Origin: Raillietiella orientalis
Taxonomy: Eukaryota
Length of the DNA stretch: 64,000 bases
NCBI GenBank assembly: GCA_036172245.1
Contig: JAYWIR010000021.1
Span: 2,418,001-2,482,000, forward strand
Direction: 5' to 3'
Shown here one piece after another: positions 11,601 to 22,528 of this stretch. The notes beneath the pieces were generated by a model. The model was not told where the DNA came from, made no database searches, and saw nothing but the letters and a program-made list of their open reading frames with translations. The first letter of the stretch is position 1; each line of letters begins with the position of its first letter. Position numbers and translations under genes: made by a program.

Positions 11601-14600
11601 CGTGAAAGAGCACGTGACGCTGTGAAAAACGAAACACACACAAAAAAAGAAAAATCCCATCTTGGAGCAAAGTTCTCTGCATTCAAAGATGGGATCCATC
11701 TCAAGAAGGAGCAAGTTATTCTCATAATTACAAAATGTTTATCTCTGTGCACGATTATGCGGAACCCCCTCGGGGGATCTTCGAGATGAAATCCAAAATT
11801 TATGCGCGGTCGCGACCGAGCAAGCAGCGCTTCCTCAGTCAGCAGGAAGGAAGGGGGGGCAATAGAGGGAAACCGAGTATATTCGACCTCATCATCCTGA
11901 TTTCGTTCACAAAATCATCATCCATTACCCCCTCTTAATTTCATTTCCGCAGAGAGCATCAACAGCACAATGACTTAATGATTCATGGTGGCTTGAAACT
12001 TCCATTGCTGGATTAAAGCGGCAGCTGTTTGCGCAGCAATCTTTCAGCAGTTCGGAATCTTCTGGATAGCATCGCATGTTGCAGAACGCCTCTGCGAATC
12101 ACAGGGTTCGACGGTGAAATTGCAACTGGATTGAAGGGAAACCCGGGATAACGAGTGATGATCAGTGGAGAAAGAAATTACTACTGCTCTTATGATCGAT
12201 TTCATCGAGAGCCCTATTCTCTTTTAATGGTGACTTTCATTTATTGGGAGTTCCGTTTTCGTGCAGGCTTCTGTTTACGCAACAGCTCTACCCAAAGTCT
12301 CTTCGCGCATCTCTTCATCAACTTCACGTGGAACACGTCGATAGTGTCTCTCTGGAGTGCCACGTCTTCATCCAAACATTTCCAAAGGAGGCTTCCCCGC
12401 GTTGTTTTGTGTGGGATGTCATCCCGCACTGCGCCAAAAAGCCAACCGATTATCCGTCGAAGGTCATCCGTTCGCTGTCTTCGGGACGGGGGGGGAAAAA
12501 AAAAGAAAAAAAAATCAGCAGGCCAATACGTGGGGGAGGGCTTTCGAAACGCTCACTTGTCCGCTGAGCGCGCTGGTTACCGGAAGCCTCTTTTCCTGGC
12601 GTCGTTTCTGATCTCTTGGTTGCCAGCAAGATAGGGCTCTTCTGGAAAGGTACGCGGCTGACTTTCGGTGTGGTGGGCGAGCCGCCTCTTCAGAGGATTG
12701 CAGACTCGGGAGAGACGGCAGCCTTCCTCCTCCTCAGCTGCCTTCGAAGCGGTGGATCGCACTTGTGAAATGGGACCAACGCGCGGTGCAGTTCTGAGGG
12801 CGCAGCATGCATCCCATGCAAGCTGTCGGGGGACGGCCATCCTCGGGTTTGCCCGCTTGCTCAACCACCACCTCCTCATCGCATGCTGTGCTGACTTTAG
12901 GAGCAGACTTTAGAAGATAAGAACGTCGGAGTAGGCGGAGCCGTCGACGCCTACATGGAACAGCTTCCCTGACGATGTCATTCGAGAGTGACGAGCAGCT
13001 GTCGGGAGCTCTGCTGAGTTTCCACTAACAACAAGACGTTTTCTTGGTTACCGAGTCGTTCCCGGGCGATGCAAACAAGATGGGATGAGGGGCAGGTCTC
13101 AGGTACGATCGGAATTAGCTGGCAAGGAGACAGCTTCCAGAAGTCAGGTTCCTTGCCAAAGAGCTTCGGTCGCTTAGCTCGGAACAAAAGGCATTTTGAG
13201 CAGCACGGCAGCAATGCAAACTCTTTCTTTCGCTCCGCTCTTCTTCACGGTCGCTTTCTGATCCCGGAAATTCCTAGCCCCTGGTCTCCTATCGAGAAAC
13301 AGATTGTTGATCTCCACCCTCAGCATCAGCACAAAATGCTTTGACAATCTAGCAGCTGAGGGTGAAATATTCGGGAGCTCCTTGCAAAATTTTCGTATTT
13401 CCACTTCTCTTCCTGAGCGTTCCTGCTAATAATGCAGCTCCACCTGAGAACTGGGATGTATTTATGACCGTCGCGAAAAGTAGGTCCTTTCGAAATTTGC
13501 TCTCTTCCAGATCTGAGCTGCGTTCACATGCATTAATGTTCAGCGAAGATACAATGTAACGCGATGAACACGTAGCTCATTACGGAGAAATTAATGGATG
13601 CCTCATCCGGCTCCGCTGACTATTAATTAATTCCATACTTACAAGATTATCATTCAAATCTTATGATGTCGTTTCTGTAATGCGTCTCGGAACGTTGACG
13701 AATTCCCGGAATATGCATTTTCCTTTCCTCCCGACGACCGAGCAAGCAGTTCTCAATCACTCCCTCGCTGCAGCCAGCAAACAACCACGTGTTCCGTAAA
13801 CACCAGCGCAGAGAAACACACCTACGTGTTCCCACTGAGCGGCTGGTTCCCTGCCTCAAAGACAAAAAGCTGCTAACCACGACTTCGAAACTGCTGAGCT
13901 GCTCGAATCCAGAGTTTGCCTGGATTCTTCCTTTCCAAGCGCGTAGCGAGCAAGTCTTCTGCGCGATGAGGTGCACAGAGATCTTCCACGCGTGTTCTTG
14001 GAGATGGAACGGGCACAGGACCTCCAGGAGCAGCCCCACTGTGCTTGCGTTTGCTTTGACCAACGGAGCCAGCTGTCTCAAGATGCAAGGAACTTAGAGG
14101 GGGACTTCCAGCCCTTCTTGGAACAGCGAAGGAAAAAAAAGGGGAAGGTGGAGTTGGAACATGGGTCCATGGCAGATCTGCGAGGATTTTCTGGCCGCTT
14201 TGGAAGCCCCAAAAACCTGGGGCGATGTAATCATCCTTCGCTTTAAGCGAGCATCAAGAAAAACGGAACATCATTCTGGAACAGCGCGTTGCAGTGAGCT
14301 GCTAACCAGAAACGAGTTGCTGGGCAAAGGCTGTATCCGCACATGCTGCAAAGAAGGCAACTACTTCATCAAGCAACGGAATATTTTGATCTTTCAAAAG
14401 CTGGACTTCCATATACAATAGCCTCTACTGTGCGCATGCCCTGAGCGATCCCGCCGGTGCTGAGAAGCCAGGGGGAAGAAGATGGTAAAAACACCTCAGC
14501 GGCTGTGTCGAAGAATCAAAATCCAAGGAGCAGCAGGTCCGATGGTGCGAGCGAGCGATGTTCATGGGCAGCACTCAAACGTCTTATGAAGCTCTTGTCC

Positions 14601-15817
14601 AGAGCACGAGCGCGCCGGCTGCCCTGAAGATCGCGCCCAGGACTGCAGGATGCTTCTCCTGTCCCTCAAGCTTCTCAGTCCGGGGTTTTCATCCTTGTGA
14701 GATAAGAACACCCGTATCACTCGAGCTTTGCATTTGATGAGGCCAAGCTCGCAATTTCCAGCCGTGAGCCACAGGCGGCAGTCTACAGGGAATGTCTAAA
14801 ATTTGCCCGTGGCGATCGCTGGGGCGCGGATATGAAGAATGAAGGGCTCAGTGGTCTCAGACAGGCAGTAAGCAACCCAGGAATCTACCTCCAGTTCCCA
14901 TTCCATGAAAAGGAAGATTCCGAGGGGTGATTCCCAGGATCCAGAGCGAGCTTCCGCTTGCTGGTAGTGAGCGCTCGAATGTCACGGTGCCCTCATCCCG
15001 GGAATGCAAAGCACACTGAAGACGGAGGAGGAAGAGGGGCAAGAAGAGGAGGGGGAAGGGAGAAACGAGGAGGAGGGTCGGAGAAGAAGAGGTTGAAGGC
15101 CATGCAACAGTGGATTGGTTGCAGGAGTCTCCACCGCGAACTCGGTACAGATTCTATCTGAGAGCACCAGGAAGAGCGAAGGTCTCAGATCCCCGTTGAG
15201 CCCGTCTGGGATCTCATCCCGGCACGTTCAACAGAACCTGCTCCGGTAATCCCCATTCGAAAGGGAGTGCACTACTGGCAGGGCTAGAAGGGGACCTTCG
15301 GTGCTGCCGTCTTTTCGACGGTCTCAGCAGCACAGGGATGCATGCAGCGACACATGCAGCGTGCACATCCGTTCCCGCCGCTGCTTCGATGCAACGCGCA
15401 CATGCGAGCGCACGCGACACGGAGCTGATGTGAAGCTCAGGGGCACCAGTGAGCCATCGTCGAGGCCTCTGATTGGACGATGACTTTTGCAGGAGCGCGC
15501 GACGTGAACGTGCGCACCGCGAAGCTCAGGGGGTTGCCAGGAACATGATCTTCCGGAGGCGGCACCAGCTTTCTCTACGCGCACAGGAACCACTCCTCCC
15601 CGCGAGAACGGAAGACACCGGGAACTCGCACGCACTCGACAGACAAACGGCCAAAGGCATGGCAAGGAGGCCGGAAAGGTGCCCACTGGCGCCCTGGAGA
15701 GAAATCGTAAGTTCCTGCCCCCTCTTCGCGAGCCATCTCGCCGGAGAAGCGTCCGCGATGTCGGCATCTTCCCTCAGGAGAGAGGGTCCCGACGAACGCG
15801 GCGAATGAATTCCTCGC

Positions 15818-15994
15818 GGAAGAGGAGAAAAAAGAGGAAGAGGAGAGAGGAGGAGGAGGAAGGATGGGAGGAGAGGAGGAGGAAAAGGGGAGGAAGGGAG
15901 GAGGGAAAAGGGAAGGAAGAAGAGAAAGAAGAGAAGGAAGAGGAGGAGGATAATAAGGAAGAGGAAGAGGAGGAAGGGAGAGAGGGAGAGGGGG
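15818..15994 (+). repeat. GA-rich polypurine (GAG/GAA) low-complexity tract (intronic)
   Basis: Read directly; explains the F/L/P-rich tail of ORF 15526-16401. Confidence 0.85.
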
Positions 15995-16164
15995 TTGGAA
16001 GAGAAGTCTGGAGGCCATGCAAAAAGCTCTGCACCCCTTTCAGCGCCAGCGCTTTCCAAACTTTTTAAAGGAAGATCCTGCTTCCCGAAAGGGAAGAGGC
16101 GAAAGACGTCTGCCTCCCAGACATACCCAGCAAACTTCGAGAACCAAGAAACTTGCTTTTTTAC

Positions 16165-16370
16165 CATTTTTTCTGAAGACAGCGGTAAGTTACAATTGAG
16201 GAAGACGTCTTCCCCGAGCTGAGCTGTAACACTGACATTCGACGAGGCGTACTGAGCAGGATTCCTCGGGAATGGCAGGGCTGCAGATGATCCGACAGTG
16301 ACGGACGCGGGCTTCGGGATCAAGTATTCAGGAGGAACCGTTTTTCTCTTCACATGCGGACTCGCTTCGG
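16165..16370 (-). CDS. dpr14: dpr14-like exon: linker and start of Ig1 (..RNPAQYASSNVSVTAQLGEDVFLNCNLPLSSEKM)
   Basis: Donor ATG|gtaaaa at 16165/16164 (phase 0). Acceptor ctggcag|CC at 16370, with an alternative ttccag|TG at 16385 in the same phase. NV+VTAQLG..V.L.C is the typical Dpr Ig1 start. Confidence 0.85.
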
Positions 16371-17360
16371 CTGCCAGAATCAACACTGGAATTGACATCA
16401 CGATGATTTACCGCCATCATCATGTCCGTAGCGCGGAACCCCATGGGTTCCAAGAGAACAAAACTTCCATTTTTCCAGCACCACTCTTCCTTGTCTTTCT
16501 CCTTCCCTTCCCCGCCCCCCTTTCTCCCTAGCAGTTGCAGAAGCAGATTTTTTCCCCTTCTCCCCGTTCTATCAGCACAGACTCGCCACCCGCTGCCTCG
16601 CACGGCCCCTTGACCGACGGTTCTCGGGCATCGCGATGCGCAGCCGCGAACTGCAAGGGGTAATAATCCGACGGGAAACGGGGAATCGCCCTCTACCGAG
16701 CGTGCCAAGCGAGCAAGGGGCAGGCTGGAGCCTGCAGCGTCTACGTGAAGGACCAGGAGATCCCAGGGAAGTTTCGACATCCTTCAGTTCGAAAGCATTT
16801 CCTCGAGAGATCCTTCTGAGTTCAGGCCGAGGGAACAGGTGGCGCACGGTCACCGGTGCCCGGAAGGAGGGTTGGAACGCGGCCGGACATCCCAAATAGC
16901 TCGCAGGAGAACCGGCGACCCACACAGAAAAACCTTTCAACTGGCAGCAGGCTGTGGCAAGACTCACAACCTATTTGTATCGAAAGGAGTGCCCGGTTAA
17001 GAGGTCCTGGCATTGTCCACAGTGGATCATCTATTTTGGATCTGGAAAAAAAAAAGAACTGATGAAGGCGCTGTCAGCAGTGGCGTGACCGCTGATAAGG
17101 TCAAACATTGTCAAAGCACATCGAAATCTGTGATCCACTCTGAGCGGGAGCTCATTTCTCATGAAGCGACCCGGTGTGATCTCCGGCGAACCGCTTCGGT
17201 CTCTTTTCGCTTCCGCAAGAAATGCCTTCGATCCTTTAGGATCCTCAGAAAGATAGCCTTCGACTCTCCGGCAAGATGGCGCCTCTTGAACCAGCGGTCG
17301 CGAGAGATTTAGAGCACCACTCCCTCCTTCCCTCCCCTCTCGGGCTGACCTCCGGTGATA

Positions 17361-17520
17361 AAGGAGATCGGCAGCCGCAAATCCGGACGCGCAGAAGTCT
17401 CTTTGTCCGCACAAAGCAACCTCTCGAACGGCAGGAAGAAGACGATGGACTAGGAGGGATGCTTTCGTTGTGACGGTACGCGCTGGTAGAGGAGGGGACT
17501 GTGGCTAATCACGATAATCC
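17361..17520 (-). mobile_element. LINE (RTE-like) reverse-transcriptase fragment, copy 1 of a diverged pair
   Basis: Aligns by eye with 20022-20180. The minus strand reads, across frameshifts, GIIVISHS..LYQRV / LVHRLLPAVREV..GQRDF..FAAADLL, resembling RT domains 1-2. Confidence 0.5.
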
Positions 17521-18071
17521 TCCCCCCCCTTCTCCCTCTTTCCCATTCTAGGTGAAACGGAAGTCTCCGGGTAGCATCGGGTGAACCCTTGTGGGTCTAC
17601 CTCAATTTCAAGACTGGAACGCGATGTCACTGCGGTAAGGCACGATCCTCAGTGAGTTCAAGGACGTCGCTGTGGGTCTCTGGCATTCTTCCACCTGAAA
17701 AAGAAAGCGAGGAGCTGGAGATACTCTGGAATAGGACCTTCGAGCCACTCTTGCTGTAGTAGGTCCGATTTCGTGGCTGAGTCGAGGCTGTCCGCAAGAC
17801 CTTGCCCGAGAACCTGGGCATTAGTTGCGTTGGACACAGCTCGTCTGAAGAGGGGGACCAGCGCTAAGAGGAGAAGCAACTGACGCTCTGCTGCTTCTCT
17901 AGGTCGGGTCCGACGCGGGGGGGCTGCTCTTCCAGGACTACTTCCCGTTTGCAGCAAGGATTCTCAGGCAAAAATACTTTTTCCTCCAATTTTTCTGTTT
18001 TTTTTTCCTCTCTCATTTCGCCCTCCCTGTCTCGCAATCTTTCCAGTACAGAATGCTGCAGGCGCTTTTAC

Positions 18072-18186
18072 TTCTCAGCAGCTTAGCCTCCGAGGCGCGA
18101 AGGATGGCAGGAAGGAGGAGGAGGAGAAAAGGAGAAGGATAGAGGAGGAAGGGAGGAGATAGAGGAGGAGAGAAGGCCCGTGGCAT
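18072..18186 (-). CDS. Candidate first coding exon (signal peptide) of the dpr14-like gene: MPRAFSPPLSPPFLLYPSPFLLLLLPAILRASEAKLLR
   Basis: ATG at 18186, hydrophobic core with an A-x-A-like site, donor A|gtaaaa in phase 1 matching the next exon. It overlaps a GA-rich low-complexity tract, so it may be fortuitous. Confidence 0.35.
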
Positions 18187-19129
18187 CTGATGACGTTCAT
18201 CTGATGCGATGAGGGGAGGAGTGAACGCGAGGCTCCCAGCCGCATCCCGGTTTGGTCTTTGTGAAACAGCTTCTCCCTTTGACATGACAGTCACGTGGGG
18301 CTGAGGGATGGGGCGTAGAAAAGATCACAATGGTCTGGTAGATCGATCGATCTGTAAAAGGAGCAGCATTGCATCTAAATAGCAAGTGACCTACAAGGAG
18401 AAAGCAAGGGGGAAGTACCAGCTGAAGAAGTCCCTGAGATCCCCTGCAGAAACTTAGGGAAAGGGCACCCTAAGCTAAAGTGTACATGTGAGATAAGGTT
18501 TTTTGCTGTCTAAGAGTCATGATCGAAGATGAAAGGCAATTCCCTTTTCTACAGAAAAATAGGGGCCCCTGGACTCTGCATCATCAGATGCCACGGGCGC
18601 ACCTGTTTGCATTTCGAGGCGAGGGCAACAGCGAAGGAGTCGGCCAGAAGGACTCGGCCCCAGCCAGAAGGAATGGAGTATCGAGTCGGTGACATCCGTA
18701 ACGGGCGTGGTCACACCGGAAAACTCCAAGGTTATTCGTAGGAAGGAGGTGGAGGAGGACATTGAACACGCTAGCGTTCTGAGAGAGCGATGTTAAGTTC
18801 GCAATGAGCCTTTCAGAGAAACGGAGGCTGCGAGGCGTCCGAGATCAGGTGTTGAATCGTTTTCGAGGAGACGGCAGGGTTCCATCTCAAAGGAAAGACA
18901 AAAAAGAAGAAAAAAAATGAGGGGACGAAAATCTTGCCCCTTTGCATTCTCTCTCCACACTCCTTTTAGGGCCGCTCTCTGGATGCTCTGGCAATAATCT
19001 ACTTAGCTTCTTCCGAAGATGGAAGGGAAGGCCGCAAACCAGATCTGCCGCAGCATTAATGAGGTTTCAATAGCTGCTGAAAGAATTTTAGTGGCAGCCA
19101 CAGGAGGAATCTTCGAATTCAGCCACTGA

Positions 19130-19500
19130 ATCTTCGTTCCATTCGTGAATCCGCAGATTCACCATCACTGAATCTTGAAAAATGCATGGACCCAGAGTTT
19201 CAAAACCCATTTCCCGGCTCCCAAATTTTATTTTTGATTCGGAGGAATTTATCTCAGCTTCCCAGAAATTCTTTGTTCTTCGGGATTGAAAGAGGAAGAT
19301 CCGTTCCGCATTGAGATTTTTGGGAACCAGGATACCGTATGTGGTAACAATCTTCCACATCGCACGATCGTTCTTCGAGCTAAGAGTAAAGACGCTTCGC
19401 TCATCAGGAGGAGGTGAAGTGAGGAGCCAGTGACCGTAAGTGTGTTTCGACCAGAGGTCGCTTTTTCCCTACCAGAAAGAGACCTCTGTTTCCAAGAAAT
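19130..19500 (-). mobile_element. Decayed Tc1/mariner (maT/DD37D-like) transposase relic
   Basis: Ordered degenerate motifs KQRSLSGREK, LLLMSEASL (ILFSDEA.F-like) and TLGPCIFQDSVMVN (IIGPYFF..TVN-like) in shifting frames. Confidence 0.3.
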
Positions 19501-20021
19501 GAGTGACCTCACAAGCCGCCACATTCCTCATTTCGAGCTTGGAGGGCAAATGGAAGGAGGTGTCGCGAATGTCGGGTCTTCACTGAGAAGGAGTTCTTCC
19601 CCGCTACGAAGTCAGACGCAGTTTCGGGTTGCTGCGGTAGGGCTGCCGAGCACTTCTTCGAAGATCGGAGTTTTCAACTGATTCGAGCCAACTCGAGGGC
19701 CGCCTCAGACCTGAACCGAATTGCCTGCCTGCCTCCCGCCGCCCTCGAAAGATGCATGTCTCGTGCCTGTGCTTCTCTTCCATTTAGCTCTTTCCGGATT
19801 TCAACGGCTTTCGTGTTGGGCACAAATCCAGACTGATGTTTGAAGCTAAGGGAACTCTGGATTGGTCACTTCTATCATGTCTTCTTGACCTTCTCTCGAG
19901 CTCTCCTTTATCTCTGATCTACTGCATGGTGGTTTGTCTTCTGGACAGTTTTGTTCACGGGTGTTGGAACGGCGTGCCACGTTTGCCTTCACGATTAGGA
20001 AACGGGAAGCGGAAATTCATC

Positions 20022-20180
20022 AAGGAGATCGGCCACCGCAAATTCAGGCGCGTGGGAGTCGCTTCGACCGCCCAGATCATCTCCTCGAGAGGCAGGAAGA
20101 AGACGACGGACCAAGAGAGAGGCTCAGTTGCGACGGCACGCGCTGGAGAAGGAGGTAGCTGTGGTTAATCACGCCAATCT
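20022..20180 (-). mobile_element. LINE (RTE-like) RT fragment, copy 2 of the pair
   Basis: Shares AAGGAGATCGGC, GGCAGGAAGAAGACGA.GGAC, CGCGCTGG and CTGTGG.TAATCACG with 17361-17520. Confidence 0.5.
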
Positions 20181-21109
20181 CTCCCTTCCCTCCTCCTCTC
20201 TTTTCTGCTTGAAACCCCTCTTCGGACCACACAGAGCGAGCGCATCGGGTCACCCGACTTCCCCGGGGCGAGACTTCTGCGGAGCCGCGGGAGAATCGGA
20301 GGGAATCGTGCTGACCTCCCACTGTCGGTGGAATCTGCGGATAAACTCACACGCGATGGGTTCCTGATGCTTGCAACCTGCAAGCCTGAGGAGGCTTCAG
20401 GTTCGGGAAGCGCTAGGATACCTTCCGTGAAACCATCCGCGTCAATCTATCATAGAAGAATCATCTATTATGGAAACCTTCCGTAATTGGAATTTCACCA
20501 TTCCATCCATCACGAGCGCTTCTCTGCATGCAACCGGAGTGACGACTGCCGTCTCATCGCTCAAGGCTTTCCCGTGCTCCCCGCTTTCCGTGGAAACCGG
20601 CCCTTGCCACTCAGGGAGATGCTGCGGGGGATTGAATCAGGGAGAGCAGGAGACCGAGCGACGCTCTCGAAAGCTGCGCTCTCCGTGCGCCCTACGATTC
20701 GGAGTTTGGCTCTCCACATTGGAAGTCCAGGAACCCCACCCGACCCCTCATTTCGCTCATCTCTTGAATCAGATCCCTTGAACGATTCCGAGAGAGAGAG
20801 CACCTCATCTCTTTCTGTGACAGTGAGAAAAAATTCGAGGGACGTTTTCTCGTGTTTTTTTTTTTTTTGAGGGGGGGAGGGGGAGAAAGAGAGAGGGGAT
20901 CTTGTAACAAGAATCCCTTAGGTGCGCTCTCGTTGCAGCGCTGCGAGCTGCATCTTTACAGGATGTGAGCACAGGATTTTCAATAACAGCGCAGCTGAGG
21001 ATGCAGCCGCACCTCAGCAAGATACCGGCTCGACGATGGGGCGCGGGCATTCGAGAGCTCCAGCGCAGGGAACCACGGCGCCGCGTCCGCCTGCTTCACA
21101 AGGATGCAA

Positions 21110-21830
21110 ACACGGCATCCGGAACGCGTGTCCAGATTTCGGGCGCCTCTTCATCTCCCGTTTCACCGACACCTTCCTCCGTAGTGATCGGTTTCCCTGG
21201 AGCTGTCAGGTTGTCCCCGGCTCTTCGAACGCTAGGAAGTCGCAGCCCGAACCGGAAGTGAATGGTGCTGAGGTCAGGATTGAGAAGAGGAAAGACAGGA
21301 AACGAGTCTGCTTGCTCGAAACAAAAACTTGAAAGAGTCGCGTCTCACTGCCACGGCTTCATTCGACTTCCGTTCAAATCTGGGAAGGTCAGGCAAAGGC
21401 TGACAGATTGCATGGAATCCACGAAAGTCTGGATTAAAAGAAAAAAGAGGACTGTCGAGGACAAGTCCCGGAAGAGGGGTGTGTTACTTGTGGAGAAAGG
21501 GATGCATCTTCAGAGTCCGGCTGAATGAGAAGGAAAGTATCGTTCTTTAGAGGAAAACCTCCGCTGAAAGCGAAAGAAAAGAAGCATGTCCGGAAGAAAA
21601 AACGCTTGTGTTCCTGAAAAGCTCCATCAAGGCTTCTGAAGTGGCAAACACGAAGCCGCATCTTCCGGAGGAGCGTCCGCTGTCCGAACTCATTTCTCGA
21701 CAAGGTCGGGTGATCACCATTTCCCGCTTCTGGAATGATGCCCTGCAGCTCGCCAGAAAGCGCCAAGATTCTGCTGTGTGCTTCAGGGACCCCTACGATT
21801 CGAAGCTTTCTTTTCGACCACACATCTCTT
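21110..21830 (+). mobile_element. Decayed CR1/L2-like LINE RT relic
   Basis: Ordered motifs FLRSDRFPWSCQVVP (SG.FP..WK..V.P), HCHGFIR (QHGF), RVITISR and FRDPYDSKLSFRPHI (DLGV.FDSKLSF.PHI). Confidence 0.5.
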
Positions 21831-21848
21831 GCACTGGGCGGTTCGCAA

Positions 21849-21907
21849 GCAGCATCGAGATGAGAACCTCTCGAGAGTCACTCCAGCGGTTCTCATCTCG
21901 GTGCTGC
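21849..21907. repeat. Inverted repeat, 20-bp stem (1 T-G pair), 19-nt spacer
   Basis: GCAGCATCGAGATGAGAACC ... GGTTCTCATCTCGGTGCTGC. Confidence 0.88.
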
Positions 21908-22446
21908 CCACGTGGAGAGCGAAGGGGAGGATCGGACCGGGTCTACAGCTTCCGAGGGAAAAGAAAAAGGTAGTCACATGTAAGCACCACCCACAGTTTA
22001 TATGACAGGAAGTTATGTGGGAAGGTCTCTCCGAAGTCGGAGCACTCCCAGAAGGGCGTCCTTCACTGGAGGTCGAGCTCTGTTAGTAGAAATTAATGGG
22101 ATTTGAAACGCGAACTTCGATGCGAGAAAAGCAGGTAAGGCGGCCGCAGAATTCCAAGGACAAGACGCAACCATTGCCCACTTCCGGCAGTGTTCCCTCA
22201 GCACTTGCAGAGAGTTACCGAGATCTCTCTCGCGAAAGCTAATCTATTGCTATCATTAAGGAAAGGCGCCGAGAAAAAAAGACAAGAAACAGAATGACGA
22301 GCGCGCACAGAAGAACGACCCGTACGCTTGGGGAAGAGTGGGGTCCGTGGGGGGGAAGGGATGGGGGAAATGCAACGCTTCATAGGGTCGCCGGTTCGAC
22401 TTTTTTCGGCAACCTGCTGGACAGGTTTTTTTCTTCCGGAATTTCT

Positions 22447-22528
22447 CCTCCCGCGATGGCGGCCGTGTAGCTGACGGTCCCCGCGCACACGGTACCAAGC
22501 GTCGTGGGTTCGAATCCCCTCGGGGAGG
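22447..22528 (+). pseudogene. Degenerate tRNA-like sequence (tRNA pseudogene or SINE head)
   Basis: Perfect B-box GGTTCGAATCC in a T-arm-like context, an A-box-like TGGCGGCCGTG about 50 nt upstream, and partial 5'/3' stem complementarity. No credible anticodon arm. Confidence 0.45.

Larger units (their letters stand above)
5749..16370 (-). other. dpr14: Gene span (confirmed coding exons) of a Dpr-family two-Ig-domain cell-adhesion protein, dpr14-like (zig-8/lachesin-like in automated naming); join(16370-16165, 11124-10911, 7916-7739, 5885-5749)
   Basis: Four exons splice in frame (junction phases 0, 1, 2) into Ig1 (NVSVTAQLGEDVFLNC..ISWFRRKGSDVYLLTVG..WMLQI..DDGLYECQ..HPP) and Ig2 (VPKIEILD..EKFYKTGSSIELRC..VTWKHNSRILNFDTSRG.ISIKT..SRLLI..DSGNYTC..VTVHILNG). 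The Ig2 motifs match Drosophila Dpr14 as I recall it. Orthology needs a tree; first and last exons are uncertain. Confidence 0.88.

Noticed and set aside
15526..16164. Hydrophobic tail of the 291-aa ORF read as a transmembrane segment
   Set aside because: It lies past the splice donor at 16164 and is the translation of an intronic purine tract.
17575..17700. Strong minus-strand acceptor (ttctttttcag) as a coding dpr exon
   Set aside because: All three frames hit stops before the next donor-like site; at most a UTR or cryptic exon.
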